From Acidimicrobiia bacterium (GTDB lineage Bacteria > Actinomycetota > Acidimicrobiia > Spongiisociales > Spongiisociaceae), in the NCBI GenBank assembly GCA_041576165.1, contig JBFGLM010000002.1, positions 32,001-96,000 on the forward strand: 64,000 nt of DNA. Reading direction: 5' to 3'. Each line of letters opens with the position of its first letter. Positions within the stretch are counted from its first letter, which is position 1. The translations under genes were made by a program, and so were the position numbers. Shown here in pieces: positions 28,797 to 39,977 of this stretch. The notes beneath the pieces are model-generated. The model was not told the origin of the DNA and searched no databases. It saw only the letters and a program-made list of their open reading frames with translations.

Positions 28797-30307
28797 CGGC
28801 GGTCACCCATCGCCCGGTTGAGTGCTTCAACGAACGCGTGACCAGAACCCTCCACGACGTCGGTGGAAACCGCCCGACCGTTGTAGCTGGTACCTCCCAC
28901 CTGTACCACGACGTTGATTTCGGCCATCGCGTCCGCCCCTGAGGTCACGGGGACCACCCGGTAGTCGATGAGCCTGGCATCCAGGCCAAACGCCTGCTTG
29001 AGGGCGTCGAATGTGGCATGGACCATCCCATCACCTTCGCCGGTGTACGTCTCGGTGGCCTCGCCTCGCTGGACGGTGACTGTGGCGCGCGGCATGCTGG
29101 AAGTTCCGCCAGCCACATCCATGGCGACGAGGTGCAGCGACTCCTCCACCGCCCTGAGCTGTTCGTTGACGATCGCCGTCAGCTCCCGCTCGTTGATCTC
29201 GACCTTGCGGTCGGCCAGCTGCTTGAACCGCTGGAAAGCCGCCTCAAAGTCGGCGTCTTCCAACTCGACGTCGAGCTGCTTGAGCGCGTCGGCGAAACCT
29301 GCCCGACCGGAGTGTTTTCCGAGGACGATCATGCTTTCGTGACCGATCGCAGCCGGGTCCATGATCTCGTAGGTCTCGCGGTCGCGCAGGACGCCGTGCT
29401 GATGGATCCCCGACTCGTGGGCGAATGCGTTACGCCCGACCACAGCCTTGTTGAATTGGATCGGGTAGCCGGTGAGCCGGGAGACGAGGCGGGAAGTGTT
29501 CACGATCTCGGCGGTGTTGGCACCTATCTCGACGCCGAAGCGATCCTGACGGGTCGTGACCGCCATGATGATCTCTTCGGTCGAGGTATTGCCGGCCCGT
29601 TCGCCGATGCCGTTGATCGCCCCCTCGATCTGGCGGGCCCCGGCGTGGATCGCAGACAGAGAATTCGCCACGGCCAAACCCAGGTCGTTGTGGCAGTGGG
29701 TGGAGATGATGATTTCGTCGTTGCCTTGCTTCACCTCGTCGTATACCCGGGTGAGCAGCTCCACGTAGTCCTGGGGCGTGGCGTAGCCGACCGTGTCGGG
29801 GATATTGATTGTGGTGGCGCCGTTCTGTACCGCCAGCTTGCAGGCTTCGAGCATGAACTCCACATCGGAACGGGTGGCGTCCTGTGGCGAGAATTCGACA
29901 TCCTCGCAGTAGCCCCGGGCCCGCTTCACAGCCTCGCGAACCGACTCCAGGACCTCTTCTGGGGTCATGCGCAGCATCCGCTCCATGTGGATGGGGCTGG
30001 TGCTCTGGAAGACGTGGATGCGGTGGCGGTCGGCATGCTTGACGGCGTCGTAGGCTTGATCGATGTCTTCGTCCACGCAGCGGGCGAGTGACGCGATCAC
30101 CGGCCCTTTCACGTTCTTGGCAATCTGCTCGACGCCGAAGAAGTCTCCTGGGGAGGCCGCAGCGAATCCGGCCTCCAGGACGTCGACTTGCAACTTGGCC
30201 AGCTGCTGGGCGATGACCAGCTTCTCGTCGGGCGTGAGCGCGATTCCGGGCGCTTGCTCGCCGTCGCGCAGGGTTGTGTCAAAGATGATGAGGCGGTCGG
30301 ATGGCAT
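28793..30307 (-). CDS. leuA: 2-isopropylmalate synthase
   Basis: [52 protein letters not shown]. Confidence 0.96.
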   Translation of the reverse strand: MPSDRLIIFDTTLRDGEQAPGIALTPDEKLVIAQQLAKLQVDVLEAGFAAASPGDFFGVEQIAKNVKGPVIASLARCVDEDIDQAYDAVKHADRHRIHVFQSTSPIHMERMLRMTPEEVLESVREAVKRARGYCEDVEFSPQDATRSDVEFMLEACKLAVQNGATTINIPDTVGYATPQDYVELLTRVYDEVKQGNDEIIISTHCHNDLGLAVANSLSAIHAGARQIEGAINGIGERAGNTSTEEIIMAVTTRQDRFGVEIGANTAEIVNTSRLVSRLTGYPIQFNKAVVGRNAFAHESGIHQHGVLRDRETYEIMDPAAIGHESMIVLGKHSGRAGFADALKQLDVELEDADFEAAFQRFKQLADRKVEINERELTAIVNEQLRAVEESLHLVAMDVAGGTSSMPRATVTVQRGEATETYTGEGDGMVHATFDALKQAFGLDARLIDYRVVPVTSGADAMAEINVVVQVGGTSYNGRAVSTDVVEGSGHAFVEALNRAMGDRR

Positions 30308-30473
30308 GGCTGATCTCCTGGGGCTGGCGCGCCGCGGGCGGCACGCAGAGAGAATGGAAAGTCGCTTGCGACGGCTGTCGTCGTCACCGCGGGAGCGGCC
30401 GGGTCAGCCTACCGGCTGCCCGGCCCGGGAAGCTCGAGCCACCGTCCGCCGGCCCCCGGAGCAGCTGGCTGTC

Positions 30474-31478
30474 TCAACTCGGGACCTTTGGTTCGAGGAA
30501 CGGCATGAGGTCGCGCAACTCGCGTCCCACCCTTTCGATCGGGTGACTTTGTTCGCCGGCTCGGATCTCGAGCAGGCGCTTGGCGCCGGAACGAGCCTCG
30601 GCCATCCACTCGCGAGCGAAGGCGCCTGATTTGATGTTCTCCAGCGCCGTTTGCATCGCGGCACGGGTCTCGTCGGTCACGATCTTGGGCCCCGTGGTGT
30701 AATCACCCCACTCAGCCGTGTCGGAGACCGAGTAGCGCATCCACGAAAGGCCGCCTTCATAGAGCAGATCGACGATCAGCTTCAGCTCGTGCAGCGTTTC
30801 GAAGTAGGCGGATTCGGGCTGGTAGCCGGCATCGACCAGTGTCTCGTATGCAGCCTTGATCAGTTCGGAAACCCCGCCACACAAGATCACCTGCTCTCCG
30901 AACAAATCTGTCTCGGTCTCTTCTTTGAAGGTGGTTTCCAGCACCCCGGCCCGGGTTCCGCCGATGGCCCATGCATACGACAAGCCCAGCCGGTGGGCGC
31001 CACCGGTGGCATCCTGATGCACCGCCAACAGGCTTGGTACCCCCGAACCTTCGGTGTACGTGCGACGGACCAGATGGCCGGGCCCCTTGGGAGCGACCAT
31101 GGCGACGTCGAGGCCGGGGGCCGGGTCGATCTCGCCGAAATGGATGTTGAAGCCGTGGGCGAAGAAAAGCGCCTGCCCGTCCTCCATCACGGGCTCGATC
31201 TCATCTTTGTAGAGATCGGCTTGAAATTGATCGGGGACCAGCAGCATCACCAGGTCCGCGGCGGCCGCCGCCTTCTCTGGCGATTCGACCCGCAGGCCCT
31301 CGCCTTCCGCCTGCTCCCATCTCGCCGAGCCGGGCCGCAGACCGACCACGACGTCAACGCCCGATTCCCGGAGGTTGAGCGCGTGTGCGTGACCCTGGCT
31401 GCCGTAGCCGATCACGGCCACCCGCCGGTTCTGGATGATCGACGGGTCTGCGTCGCCGTCGTAGTAGATGTTCGCCAT
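30474..31478 (-). CDS. ilvC: Ketol-acid reductoisomerase
   Basis: [40 protein letters not shown]. Confidence 0.97.
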   Translation of the reverse strand: MANIYYDGDADPSIIQNRRVAVIGYGSQGHAHALNLRESGVDVVVGLRPGSARWEQAEGEGLRVESPEKAAAAADLVMLLVPDQFQADLYKDEIEPVMEDGQALFFAHGFNIHFGEIDPAPGLDVAMVAPKGPGHLVRRTYTEGSGVPSLLAVHQDATGGAHRLGLSYAWAIGGTRAGVLETTFKEETETDLFGEQVILCGGVSELIKAAYETLVDAGYQPESAYFETLHELKLIVDLLYEGGLSWMRYSVSDTAEWGDYTTGPKIVTDETRAAMQTALENIKSGAFAREWMAEARSGAKRLLEIRAGEQSHPIERVGRELRDLMPFLEPKVPS

Positions 31479-31552
31479 GGGGGTGTGCGTCTCCTCGCTA
31501 GGGGTGTAGTCCGCCTCGCGCCCTCGTGCTCCGCCGCACTCGTCCAGACATA

Positions 31553-32050
31553 TCAGCCGGTGGCTCGAAGCTTGCGGGCCTTGGGCTCCCGCGTGACCGC
31601 AATTCGTCCAGATTTCACCAGATCCACGATGCCGTAGGGCCGGATCAGCTCCAGGAAGTCATTGATCTTGGCAGGTGTTCCGGTCACCTGGAAAGTCATT
31701 GCGTTGGCGCCGACGTCAACCGCAATCGCTTTGAATATCGTGGCCATCTCGAGTATCTCGCCGCGTTTGCCGGCCGCGACGCTCACGCGGACCAGTGCAA
31801 TCTCACGCTCTATGGCGAAGGCGGGGTCGAGCTCGGTGATCTTGATGACATTGACCAGCTTGTGGAGCTGCTTCTTGACCTGCTCCAGCTCATCCGCCTC
31901 CACGACGACGGTCATGCGGGACATGCCGGCATCGGCGGTCGGGCCGACCGCCAGAGAGTGAATGTTGAACCCGCGGCGGGCGAGCAGCAACGCCACCCGG
32001 GCGAGGACCCCCGGCCGATCCTCGACCAGCACCGACAGCGTGTGCAGCAT
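31553..32050 (-). CDS. ilvN: Acetolactate synthase small subunit
   Basis: [35 protein letters not shown]. Confidence 0.95.
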   Translation of the reverse strand: MLHTLSVLVEDRPGVLARVALLLARRGFNIHSLAVGPTADAGMSRMTVVVEADELEQVKKQLHKLVNVIKITELDPAFAIEREIALVRVSVAAGKRGEILEMATIFKAIAVDVGANAMTFQVTGTPAKINDFLELIRPYGIVDLVKSGRIAVTREPKARKLRATG

Positions 32051-33750
32051 CAGAGCTCCTCCGGTCCGGTGATTATCACGTCGTTGGATCCCCCGGCCGG
32101 CACCATGGGAAACACCATCTCGTCCCGGTCCACGACGAACTCAACAATTACCGGCCGATCGTTGATCTCGAGCGAGCGCTGGATCACCCCAGGGACTTCG
32201 GCGGGCGTGGTGGCTCGCAATCCGGCACAGCCCATGGACTCGGCCAGCATGACATAGTCGGGCACCCCTTCCCCGAGGTTCGAGGAGGAGAACCGCTCGT
32301 TGTAGAACAGCCGCTGCCACTGGCGGACCATGCCGTGCGCAGAGTTGTTGAACACTGCGACCTTGATCGGGATGTTCTCAACAGCGGCGGTGATCAGCTC
32401 CTGGACGGTCATCTGGAAGCAGCCGTCGCCGTCGATGGCGTATACGAGGCGGTCCGGGACGCCTGCCTTGGCCCCGATTGCCCCCGGTATCGCAAAGCCC
32501 ATCGTTCCCAGGCCGCCCGAGTTGATCCACGTCCGGGGCTGTTCGAACTTCCAAAACAGTGAGCCCCACATCTGGTGCTGGCCGACCCCCGCGACCACCA
32601 CCGCGTCGCCTCCGGTCAGGCGATTGAGCTCTTCGATGACGTACTGCGGTTTGATCGGTCCGGTGTCATCCTGCTCGTAACGCAGCGGATACTGCTCCTG
32701 CCAGTCGCGGATGGTTTCCCACCATTTGGTCCGCTCCGGGGTGGCCCGGCCGCCCCAGGCTTCGACCATGGCTTTGAGGACATGTCCGGCGTCGCCCACA
32801 ATCGGGACGTCGGCGCGCCGGACCTTGCCGATCTCGGCGGGGTCGATGTCGGCATGGATCACTTTGGCAAAGGGGGCGAAACTGTCGGGATCGCCGGTCA
32901 CCCGATCATCAAATCGAACGCCGATTGCGATCAAGAGATCCGACTTCTGCATGGCAGTGGTGGCGGCGTACACGCCGTGCATGCCGGACATACCGAGCAC
33001 GTTTGCGTGGGAATCGGGGATGCCACCGCGCCCCATCAACGTCGTGACCACGGGCACGTTGCTGTGATCGGTGAAGCGGGTCAGTGCCTCGGTTGCACTG
33101 GCCTTGATGATGTCGCCCCCGACATACAACACGGGCCGGTCGGCGTGCTCGATCATGTCCACTGCCTCCGCAATACGACGGGGGTGCGGGTCGAGCGTCG
33201 GCTTGTACCCCGGTAGCGAGATGGGATCGGGATCACGCCACACGGTCTGGGCGGTCTGGATGTTCTTCGGAATATCGATCAACACCGGTCCCGGCCGGCC
33301 GGTCGCGGCGATATGAAACGCCTCGTGCACGACCTGGGGGATATCGTCTGCGTCGGTGACGAAGTAGTTGTGTTTGGTGGCCGGCATCGTGATGCCGGTG
33401 GTGTAGGCCTCCTGGAAGGCGTCGTTGCCCACCGCGAACGTGGGCACCTGACCGGTGATCGCGACTACCGGCACAGAATCCATGAGGGCATCGGCCAAGG
33501 GCGTCACCAGGTTGGTCGCACCGGGGCCGGACGTAGCAATACACACGCCCACCCGGCCGGTTGCCCATGCGTAGCCCTGTGCCATATGACCTGCCCCCTG
33601 CTCGTGGCGAGCCAGAACGTGGCGGAAACGGGCGTCGAGCAGCGGGTCATAGGTGGGGAGGATGGCGCCACCGGGCACACCGAACACGACATCGACGCCC
33701 TCGTATTCGAGTGCCTTGATGATCGACTGGGCCCCGGTTATGGCGGTCAT
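32050..33750 (-). CDS. ilvB: Acetolactate synthase large subunit
   Basis: [49 protein letters not shown]. Confidence 0.97.
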   Translation of the reverse strand: MTAITGAQSIIKALEYEGVDVVFGVPGGAILPTYDPLLDARFRHVLARHEQGAGHMAQGYAWATGRVGVCIATSGPGATNLVTPLADALMDSVPVVAITGQVPTFAVGNDAFQEAYTTGITMPATKHNYFVTDADDIPQVVHEAFHIAATGRPGPVLIDIPKNIQTAQTVWRDPDPISLPGYKPTLDPHPRRIAEAVDMIEHADRPVLYVGGDIIKASATEALTRFTDHSNVPVVTTLMGRGGIPDSHANVLGMSGMHGVYAATTAMQKSDLLIAIGVRFDDRVTGDPDSFAPFAKVIHADIDPAEIGKVRRADVPIVGDAGHVLKAMVEAWGGRATPERTKWWETIRDWQEQYPLRYEQDDTGPIKPQYVIEELNRLTGGDAVVVAGVGQHQMWGSLFWKFEQPRTWINSGGLGTMGFAIPGAIGAKAGVPDRLVYAIDGDGCFQMTVQELITAAVENIPIKVAVFNNSAHGMVRQWQRLFYNERFSSSNLGEGVPDYVMLAESMGCAGLRATTPAEVPGVIQRSLEINDRPVIVEFVVDRDEMVFPMVPAGGSNDVIITGPEEL

Positions 33751-33814
33751 TGCGGTCCTCTCGCGTCGTTGTGATTGCTCGTGGCTGGGTGGCCGGGTGG
33801 CGTCCGCGGGTACG

Positions 33815-33836
33815 AAAAAACCCTCCTTCCGGAGGG
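33815..33836 (-). terminator. Intrinsic terminator (attenuator) upstream of ilvB
   Basis: Minus strand CCCTCC-GGAA-GGAGGG followed by TTTTTT. Confidence 0.85.
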
Positions 33837-33871
33837 CAGCTCAGCGCACACGTCGGGATGTGACGTATGCG

Positions 33872-33910
33872 CTATTCAATAAGGAGTACGGGCCGGTTGG
33901 AGGTCGCCAC
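33872..33910 (-). CDS. ilv leader peptide MATSNRPVLLIE
   Basis: GTG GCG ACC TCC AAC CGG CCC GTA CTC CTT ATT GAA TAG: consecutive Val-Leu-Leu-Ile codons between promoter and terminator. Confidence 0.8.
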   Translation of the reverse strand: MATSNRPVLLIE

Positions 33911-33917
33911 GAAGAGA

Positions 33918-33945
33918 ATATTACGGTCTTCCCATCGAGTGTCAA
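33918..33945 (-). promoter_or_regulatory. Housekeeping sigma promoter of the ilv-leu operon
   Basis: TTGACA (33945-33940), 16-bp spacer, TAATAT (33923-33918), then 7 nt to the leader GTG (leaderless). Confidence 0.8.
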
Positions 33946-34033
33946 TCCGGCCCGCTGCTTGATCTCAACCGGACCGGTATTCCCCCCTTGATGACCGACG
34001 CGGGCAGCCCGGAAAATCTGCGACGATGACTGC

Positions 34034-35248
34034 ATGCGGTACCCACCCGAGCTTTTTTCCCCACTCATCCAACATGCCCGGGACCGGCTCCGGCAGTTGG
34101 AGGATGACGAGGTGCCCGCGGCGCTACGCCGGGTTGCCGGTTACAGCGGTCCGAAGCTCCCGCCGCCGCTGGCACAGAGGTTGCTGGGCGAGATCGACAG
34201 CAACGACTGGGTACGGGAATTCATGGCCGAAGGCTGGGATCCGGCGGGCGCCGATGCCGAGGCGTCCACGTTGTTCCTCCTACGCCCCGATGGGTGGGAG
34301 GTATCTCTGGAGGCAAGGGCCGCGGCCATCGAACAAACTCGGACGGCTGACCGGGTGGCGGCGCTAGAGCGGGAGCTGGCCGAGATGCGGGAGGAGAACG
34401 AGCGCAACCGACGACGCGCCCGGCAGGTGCAGCGCGAGGCCGAGCTGGCAATTGCAGAAGCTGACCGCCGGGTCACTGCGGCCAGGTCGGCCTCGGTCGG
34501 TCAGCGGCACGAGGAGCAAGAGGAGATCACTGCCCTTGCCCGCGAGGTGGCGGCACTGCGCCGAGCGCTCGACGAAGCAGCTCACGATGTAGAGGCCAGT
34601 CGCGAACGAGTGCGGGCCCTTCGCTCCGAGCTCCTGCGGGCCAAACGGGCCGCCCGGCCCGCCCCCACTCCCACCGGGCCCAGGGTGTGGGCCGCCGCCG
34701 ATCCGCTGGCCCGGGCGCGCATCCTGGACGAGGTACGCGCTGCCTACGCCCCGGCGTCGGAGTTCGCAGAGGTCCAACTGCCGCTGGACTCTGGACCACT
34801 TCAGCTACCAGCCGGAATCAGTCCCGACCGGGCTGGGGCGGTTGGGTGGCTGCTCGAGAGCCGCCGGGCCCTGGTTTGGATCGTCGACGGTTACAACGTG
34901 ACCCACCAGTTGTCGCCCGAGCTGGCCACCGACGCCCGCACCCGCGAGCGACTGAATCGCGACCTGGGCCGGCTCCGGGGCCTGGCGATCGCCACCCCTC
35001 GCGTGGTTGTCGTCTACGACAGTTCGCTGGCGGGCACCACCACCGCGGCGGCCGGACCCGGCGGTATCGAGGTGCGGTTCACAGCGCATGGTCACAGCGC
35101 CGACGATGAGATTCTCGAGATGGCAGCCGAGCTGGACGGAGCGGCCGTCGTGATCAGCAGCGATCGCCAGGTCCGGGAAAGTGCCCAGCGGTTGGGGGCA
35201 CTCGGCATCTGGACCGAGGCGCTGGTGGACTGGATCCGCACCAGCTGA
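34034..35248 (+). CDS. Coiled-coil protein with C-terminal NYN (PIN-like) RNase domain
   Basis: WIVDGYNVT, VVVYDS, SADDEI, VISSDRQV; central coiled coil. Confidence 0.85.
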   Translation: MRYPPELFSPLIQHARDRLRQLEDDEVPAALRRVAGYSGPKLPPPLAQRLLGEIDSNDWVREFMAEGWDPAGADAEASTLFLLRPDGWEVSLEARAAAIEQTRTADRVAALERELAEMREENERNRRRARQVQREAELAIAEADRRVTAARSASVGQRHEEQEEITALAREVAALRRALDEAAHDVEASRERVRALRSELLRAKRAARPAPTPTGPRVWAAADPLARARILDEVRAAYAPASEFAEVQLPLDSGPLQLPAGISPDRAGAVGWLLESRRALVWIVDGYNVTHQLSPELATDARTRERLNRDLGRLRGLAIATPRVVVVYDSSLAGTTTAAAGPGGIEVRFTAHGHSADDEILEMAAELDGAAVVISSDRQVRESAQRLGALGIWTEALVDWIRTS

Positions 35249-35303
35249 GTCCCTCTCCGTCCGCCCGGTCACTGCTCCGGTCGCCGCGCCCCCATCGGGG
35301 AAA

Positions 35304-35325
35304 TGTCACACCCGGTTTCTACGGT
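35304..35325 (+). promoter_or_regulatory. PafBC/RecA-NDp-like promoter
   Basis: TGTCAC-N10-TACGGT versus consensus TGTCGG-N10-TA-N3-T. Confidence 0.55.
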
Positions 35326-35375
35326 GCACCAAGAACAAGAAAGGGCCGATCGAAGCGACCGGGAGGACATGGGCG

Positions 35376-35582
35376 ATGTTGATCGACTGCAACGAATGCG
35401 CGATGCAGGACACCAGCGCCTGCGATGACTGCGTGGTTGGTGTCCTCTTGCGCGATTCGGATGGGCCGGTCGTGCTGGACGAAGCAGAGGCGGAGGCTCT
35501 CGATCATCTGGCTCAGGCCGGGCTAGTTCCCCGCTTGCGCCTGGTTCCTCGCCACCCCGGCCCGTCGGCCGCGGCGTCCTGA
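35376..35582 (+). CDS. Small Cys-rich actinobacterial protein
   Basis: MLIDCNECAMQDTSACDDCVVGVLL...LAQAGLVPRLRL; GGAGG RBS. Confidence 0.8.
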   Translation: MLIDCNECAMQDTSACDDCVVGVLLRDSDGPVVLDEAEAEALDHLAQAGLVPRLRLVPRHPGPSAAAS

Positions 35583-35593
35583 CCTAGAGAGAT

Positions 35594-36307
35594 TTAGGGC
35601 AGCTCGGGCACTGCCGGTCGAGCCGGCGGCAGCACCACGACCTGTTCGTAGCCCAGGCCCTGGAGCAGCTGGGTCAATAGTTGGGCGGCGCCCGCCTCAG
35701 CGTCCTCCAGGATGCCCTCATCTAGCGCCTTCCGCAGCAACGCGTCTTCGGCAGCTTGACGCGCTTGCGTTTCGAGTTGGGGATCACCCTGGGTGAAGAG
35801 ACCGGTCTTGCGGTCATACACACGAGTGGCCTCGTTGTCGAGAGACGCGTAATGGACTTCGGCGGGCGGCAACTGGAAAGTGACGATGCCGCGTTCGGTG
35901 TCGACAGTGAAGGACTGCTCGGTCAGCTCCGATAGGTCGACGCCTGCTCCGATCTCAGCCACGGCCAGCATCTCGATCGAGTCTCCCCGGGCCCAATCGA
36001 GCCACGACGCATCCGTTCCTTTGGATATCGTCGTGTACTCCACGTACTCGACCGTGGTCAGCTCGGCGAGAGCGTGGATCGACTGGACCACGGCCGGGCT
36101 GATCTCTTCGTAAGGCTGCTTCTCGACCACTGCCTCGACCACCTCGGCCGGGGAGGGGAGGTTCGGCAAGCCGGGCATCTCGGGCAGTCGCTCGGCGACT
36201 TCCGATCCGGCGCGGCTGAGGCCGATGGCCAGACCCACCGCCACGATTGCCGCCACCAGCACCGCCGAAATCAGGGTCGTCAGGCGCTTGGTCAACAGAT
36301 CCATCAT
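35594..36307 (-). CDS. DUF4230-like membrane-anchored protein
   Basis: N-terminal TM, ELTTVEY, AGVDLS, LPPAEV, LDEGILEDAE...LGY. Confidence 0.8.
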   Translation of the reverse strand: MMDLLTKRLTTLISAVLVAAIVAVGLAIGLSRAGSEVAERLPEMPGLPNLPSPAEVVEAVVEKQPYEEISPAVVQSIHALAELTTVEYVEYTTISKGTDASWLDWARGDSIEMLAVAEIGAGVDLSELTEQSFTVDTERGIVTFQLPPAEVHYASLDNEATRVYDRKTGLFTQGDPQLETQARQAAEDALLRKALDEGILEDAEAGAAQLLTQLLQGLGYEQVVVLPPARPAVPELP

Positions 36308-36555
36308 GTCGAGATTCCTTGGATGTTCTCGTGACTCTGACGCAAAAGGTGTATCCCAGTTCTTGGTAAATCGACCCTCCTACCGCCACTATGCCTCGGC
36401 TCGCCCGGCTCCCGCCAGCACAGTCGAGGCCCGACGCTGCGGTTCCCAGTACTGTAGTTGGCATCGAGATTTGGGGTGCACAAGGTGGCGTGGCGCCCCG
36501 ATCGCCGCCTTCGTCCCACCCACCGTTGCTCGGTCGAAAGCTGGTCGACGCGCGG

Positions 36556-37109
36556 TCACTGGCTCGCGGGCTCGTTGAGTAGGACGAGCTGCCACTCCTC
36601 GCCGTTTTCCCACCAGGTCACGATCAGCAGGGGCGGCGTGAGCGGATCGATATGACTGGGTGTGAGCGCGATATCCGCTTCCACTGCGCAGTCATCTCGC
36701 AACGCCTTGCGCCAGCCGTTCTCGAGCCGGGTGTAGGCGCTCCGGTTGAAGTTGGCGTTTTGGGGGAAGAGCTTGGGTCCTGAAGCAAACCCGCCAAGCG
36801 AGACAGGATATGGCCGCCCTCATAGTGGGCTGCTGCGGCCAACCGTCCCGCGGCGCGGCCGGCGGCTGGGTGCCGTTGCGCCCCGGGTTGGAGGCGCAAG
36901 CCACCTCGGACCCGGGCCGGCAGGCAATTCTCGTCGGTCAGGTACTCGAATCCGTGGCTGACATACGACGGGCGAGGCTTCAGATCTCGAGGGGCGACGG
37001 GGGCGTCGTTACGGAGAATGATGCGCGGCTGGATCCCGATGGGATTCGTCAGCTCGCCGTCGGATCCGATCTCGGGCCGGATGGGCTCGAGGTGGAGAGG
37101 ATCGATCAC
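36556..37109 (-). pseudogene. Frameshifted DNA/RNA non-specific endonuclease (His-Me finger, Endonuclea_NS_2-like)
   Basis: Frame A reads ...GFEYLTDENC...HYEGGHI; frame B continues PVSLGGFASGPKLFPQNANFNRSAYTRLENGWRKAL...EPASQ*. One missing base near 36800-36808 joins them into a 184-aa protein. Confidence 0.7.
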
Positions 37110-37158
37110 CGGTTGCGCCCCCGTGCCGTCGGCGACAAGAGCCGGTACCTTACCTGGG

Positions 37159-38193
37159 ATGGAGATCTGGGAACGTCTCCGGGCTGCGGCAGAAGAGGCC
37201 GGGTTGGCGGGCCTGGGCGTGACCACCGCCGCGCCGTTCGACGACGCCCGGCAAACGATCATCGACCGCCGGACCGCAGGGCTCAACGGCCGGTTGCAGT
37301 TCACGTCCGCTGACCCGGCCACGGCCACTGATATCCGCGCGTCGTTTCCGTGGGCCCGGTCACTGGTCGTCGGCTCCTACCCATACCTCCCGGATGGTGG
37401 CCGGCCCGGCCACCATCCCGGTAGCGGCCGGATCGCCCGGTTCGCGGTCGACCAGCCCTACGACGCCCTGCGGCGGGCGCTGGGCGCGGTGGCCGCCGTT
37501 TTCGCCGCCGACGGTCACAGGGCCGAGGTGATCGCCGACGACAACCGCCTGGTCGATCGGGCCGCGGCAGTGCGGGCGGGGATCGGCTGGTGGGGCAAGA
37601 ACACCATGGTGCTCGATCCCAAACACGGGCCGTGGCTGCTACTCGGATGCGTGGTAGCTGATCTGGATCTCGAACCTACCCCTCCCATGGTGCGGGACTG
37701 CGGGACGTGTGCCGCCTGCCTGCCGGCGTGCCCCACCGGCGCACTCGTTGCACCCGGCGTGCTGGATTCTCGCAAATGCCTGGCGCACTGGGCGCAGGCG
37801 CCGGGGGACATCCCCGAGGAGCTGCGGGCTCCGATGGGCGATCGGCTTTACGGCTGTGATGACTGCCTGGAAGCCTGCCCTCCGGGCCACCGACTGCTGA
37901 ACGCGGCGGTCGAAACGAAGGGCCGGGTCGATCTCGCCGAGGTGCTCGCAACTCCCGACCGGGCGCTGCTCGTCCGGTTCGGTCACATGTACATTCCCAA
38001 GCGCAACCCGGACTATCTGCGCCGCAACGCGCTGGTGGTGCTCGGTAACACCGGCTCGGAGGAGGATCTGGCGCTGTTGGCCGGATTCCTGGCTCATCCA
38101 AACGCCATGTTGCGCCGCCACGCGCAATGGGCGATCTCTCGGATTGGGGGGGAAGCGGCAATGGCGATCCTCTCCGGCTCATCCGGTTCCTGA
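37159..38193 (+). CDS. queG: Epoxyqueuosine reductase
   Basis: [52 protein letters not shown]. Confidence 0.92.
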   Translation: MEIWERLRAAAEEAGLAGLGVTTAAPFDDARQTIIDRRTAGLNGRLQFTSADPATATDIRASFPWARSLVVGSYPYLPDGGRPGHHPGSGRIARFAVDQPYDALRRALGAVAAVFAADGHRAEVIADDNRLVDRAAAVRAGIGWWGKNTMVLDPKHGPWLLLGCVVADLDLEPTPPMVRDCGTCAACLPACPTGALVAPGVLDSRKCLAHWAQAPGDIPEELRAPMGDRLYGCDDCLEACPPGHRLLNAAVETKGRVDLAEVLATPDRALLVRFGHMYIPKRNPDYLRRNALVVLGNTGSEEDLALLAGFLAHPNAMLRRHAQWAISRIGGEAAMAILSGSSGS

Positions 38194-38239
38194 CGTCGTC
38201 TGCCCAGCTCCTCCGAATTCGGCCACCTATCATCTCCCG

Positions 38240-39919
38240 ATGGCCGAGCTCAACCGAACCAGTCGCCGCATAACCCAACCTCCGTCACAAGGCGCATCGC
38301 AGGCGATGCTCTATGGAACGGGATTGACGCCCGACGACATGTCTAAGGCCCAGGTAGGCATCGCCAGCATGTGGTTCGAGGGCAACCCCTGCAACATGCA
38401 CCTCCTCGACCTGGCTACCAAGGTCAAGGAGGGTGTTGAGGCCGCCGGGTTGATCGGCATGCGGTTCAACACCATCGGAGTCTCCGACGGCATCTCCATG
38501 GGGACACCCGGGATGAGCTATTCGCTCCAGTCGCGTGACTTGATCGCCGACTCGATCGAGACCGTCATGCGTGCGCAGTGGTACGACGCCAACGTGTCAC
38601 TTCCCGGCTGTGACAAAAACATGCCCGGCAGCGTTATGGCGATGGCCCGTCTCAACCTGCCGTCGATCATGGTGTACGGCGGCACGATTCGCCCCGGCGT
38701 CAGTCCAACTGGCGATGCGATCGACGTCGTGTCGGCGTTCCAGTCGTACGGAGAGTTCATCGCGGACCGCATCGACGACGATCGCCGGCAGGGCATCATC
38801 CGTAACGCCTGTCCCGGCGCTGGTGCATGTGGCGGTATGTACACGGCCAACACGATGGCCTCCGCGATCGAGGCGATGGGCATGACATTGCCGTACAGCT
38901 CCTCCAACCCGGCCACATCCCAGGAGAAAGCCGACGAATGTCTGGCGGTCGGAGCCGCCATCCGCCACTTGCTGGAGGAGGACATAAAGCCCCGCCACAT
39001 CATGACTCGCGCTGCATTCGACAATGCGATCGTGCTGACGATGGCCCTGGGGGGCTCCACCAACGCAGTCCTTCATCTCACTGCGATGGCGCGTGCGGCG
39101 AACGTTGAGCTGACGATCGACGATTTTCAAACGGTCAGCGATCGGATCCCGTACCTGGCCGACCTCAAGCCGAGCGGCAGATACGTGATGGAGGACGTAC
39201 ATGCCGTGGGCGGGATCCCCGCAGTGCTCAAGTTGCTGCTGGCGGAAGGAGTGCTGCATGGTGATGCGTTGACGGTGACTGGGCGGACCTTGGCGGAGAA
39301 CCTGGCAGGACTCCCCGAGCTGACGCCCGGCCAGACCGTGGTCCAGCCGTGGTCGGCCCCGATCAAAGAAAGCGGCCATCTGCAGATCTTGCGTGGCAAT
39401 GTGGCGCCCGACGGGGCCGTGGCCAAGATCACCGGCAAAGAGGGCCTCCGTTTCGCCGGCACGGCCAAGGTTTTCGACGGGGAGGAGGACATGCTGCACG
39501 CGCTCGAGCGGCACGAGATCGGCCCGGGTGATGTGGTCGTCATCCGCTACGTCGGACCCAAAGGCGGGCCGGGGATGCCGGAGATGTTGACACCGACCTC
39601 GGCGCTGATTGGCGCCGGATTGGGCGGCGAGGTGGCCCTGTTGACTGATGGGCGGTTTTCGGGCGGCTCGCACGGCTTCATCATCGGGCACGTCACGCCA
39701 GAAGCACAGGCGGGCGGCCCGATCGCGCTGCTGCAGAATGGCGACCGCATCGAAATCGACGCGGTGGCGCGCACCATCCAGGCCGGCGTGTCCGACGCCG
39801 AAATGGCGGCGAGGCGGGACGTGTGGCGTCCGCCGCCGCTCAAAGCCACCCGCGGCACGCTGCACAAGTACATCAAGACTGTGAGCCCTGCATCCGAAGG
39901 ATGTGTTACCGACGAGTAG
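38240..39919 (+). CDS. ilvD: Dihydroxy-acid dehydratase
   Basis: [56 protein letters not shown]. Confidence 0.97.
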   Translation: MAELNRTSRRITQPPSQGASQAMLYGTGLTPDDMSKAQVGIASMWFEGNPCNMHLLDLATKVKEGVEAAGLIGMRFNTIGVSDGISMGTPGMSYSLQSRDLIADSIETVMRAQWYDANVSLPGCDKNMPGSVMAMARLNLPSIMVYGGTIRPGVSPTGDAIDVVSAFQSYGEFIADRIDDDRRQGIIRNACPGAGACGGMYTANTMASAIEAMGMTLPYSSSNPATSQEKADECLAVGAAIRHLLEEDIKPRHIMTRAAFDNAIVLTMALGGSTNAVLHLTAMARAANVELTIDDFQTVSDRIPYLADLKPSGRYVMEDVHAVGGIPAVLKLLLAEGVLHGDALTVTGRTLAENLAGLPELTPGQTVVQPWSAPIKESGHLQILRGNVAPDGAVAKITGKEGLRFAGTAKVFDGEEDMLHALERHEIGPGDVVVIRYVGPKGGPGMPEMLTPTSALIGAGLGGEVALLTDGRFSGGSHGFIIGHVTPEAQAGGPIALLQNGDRIEIDAVARTIQAGVSDAEMAARRDVWRPPPLKATRGTLHKYIKTVSPASEGCVTDE

Positions 39920-39977
39920 GCGGTGCCCGGGCGGTAGAAACGTCGGAAGTGGACCGTTCCGGCGCCTGGTGAGGACC

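Noticed and set aside
30308-30473. LEU element or leader peptide upstream of leuA
   Set aside because: No Leu-rich short ORF; only a small GTCGCAAGCGAC hairpin.
36308-36555. Riboswitch (GACGCAAA resembles part of a c-di-GMP-I aptamer)
   Set aside because: Wrong strand for the adjacent gene, and the other conserved elements are not evident.
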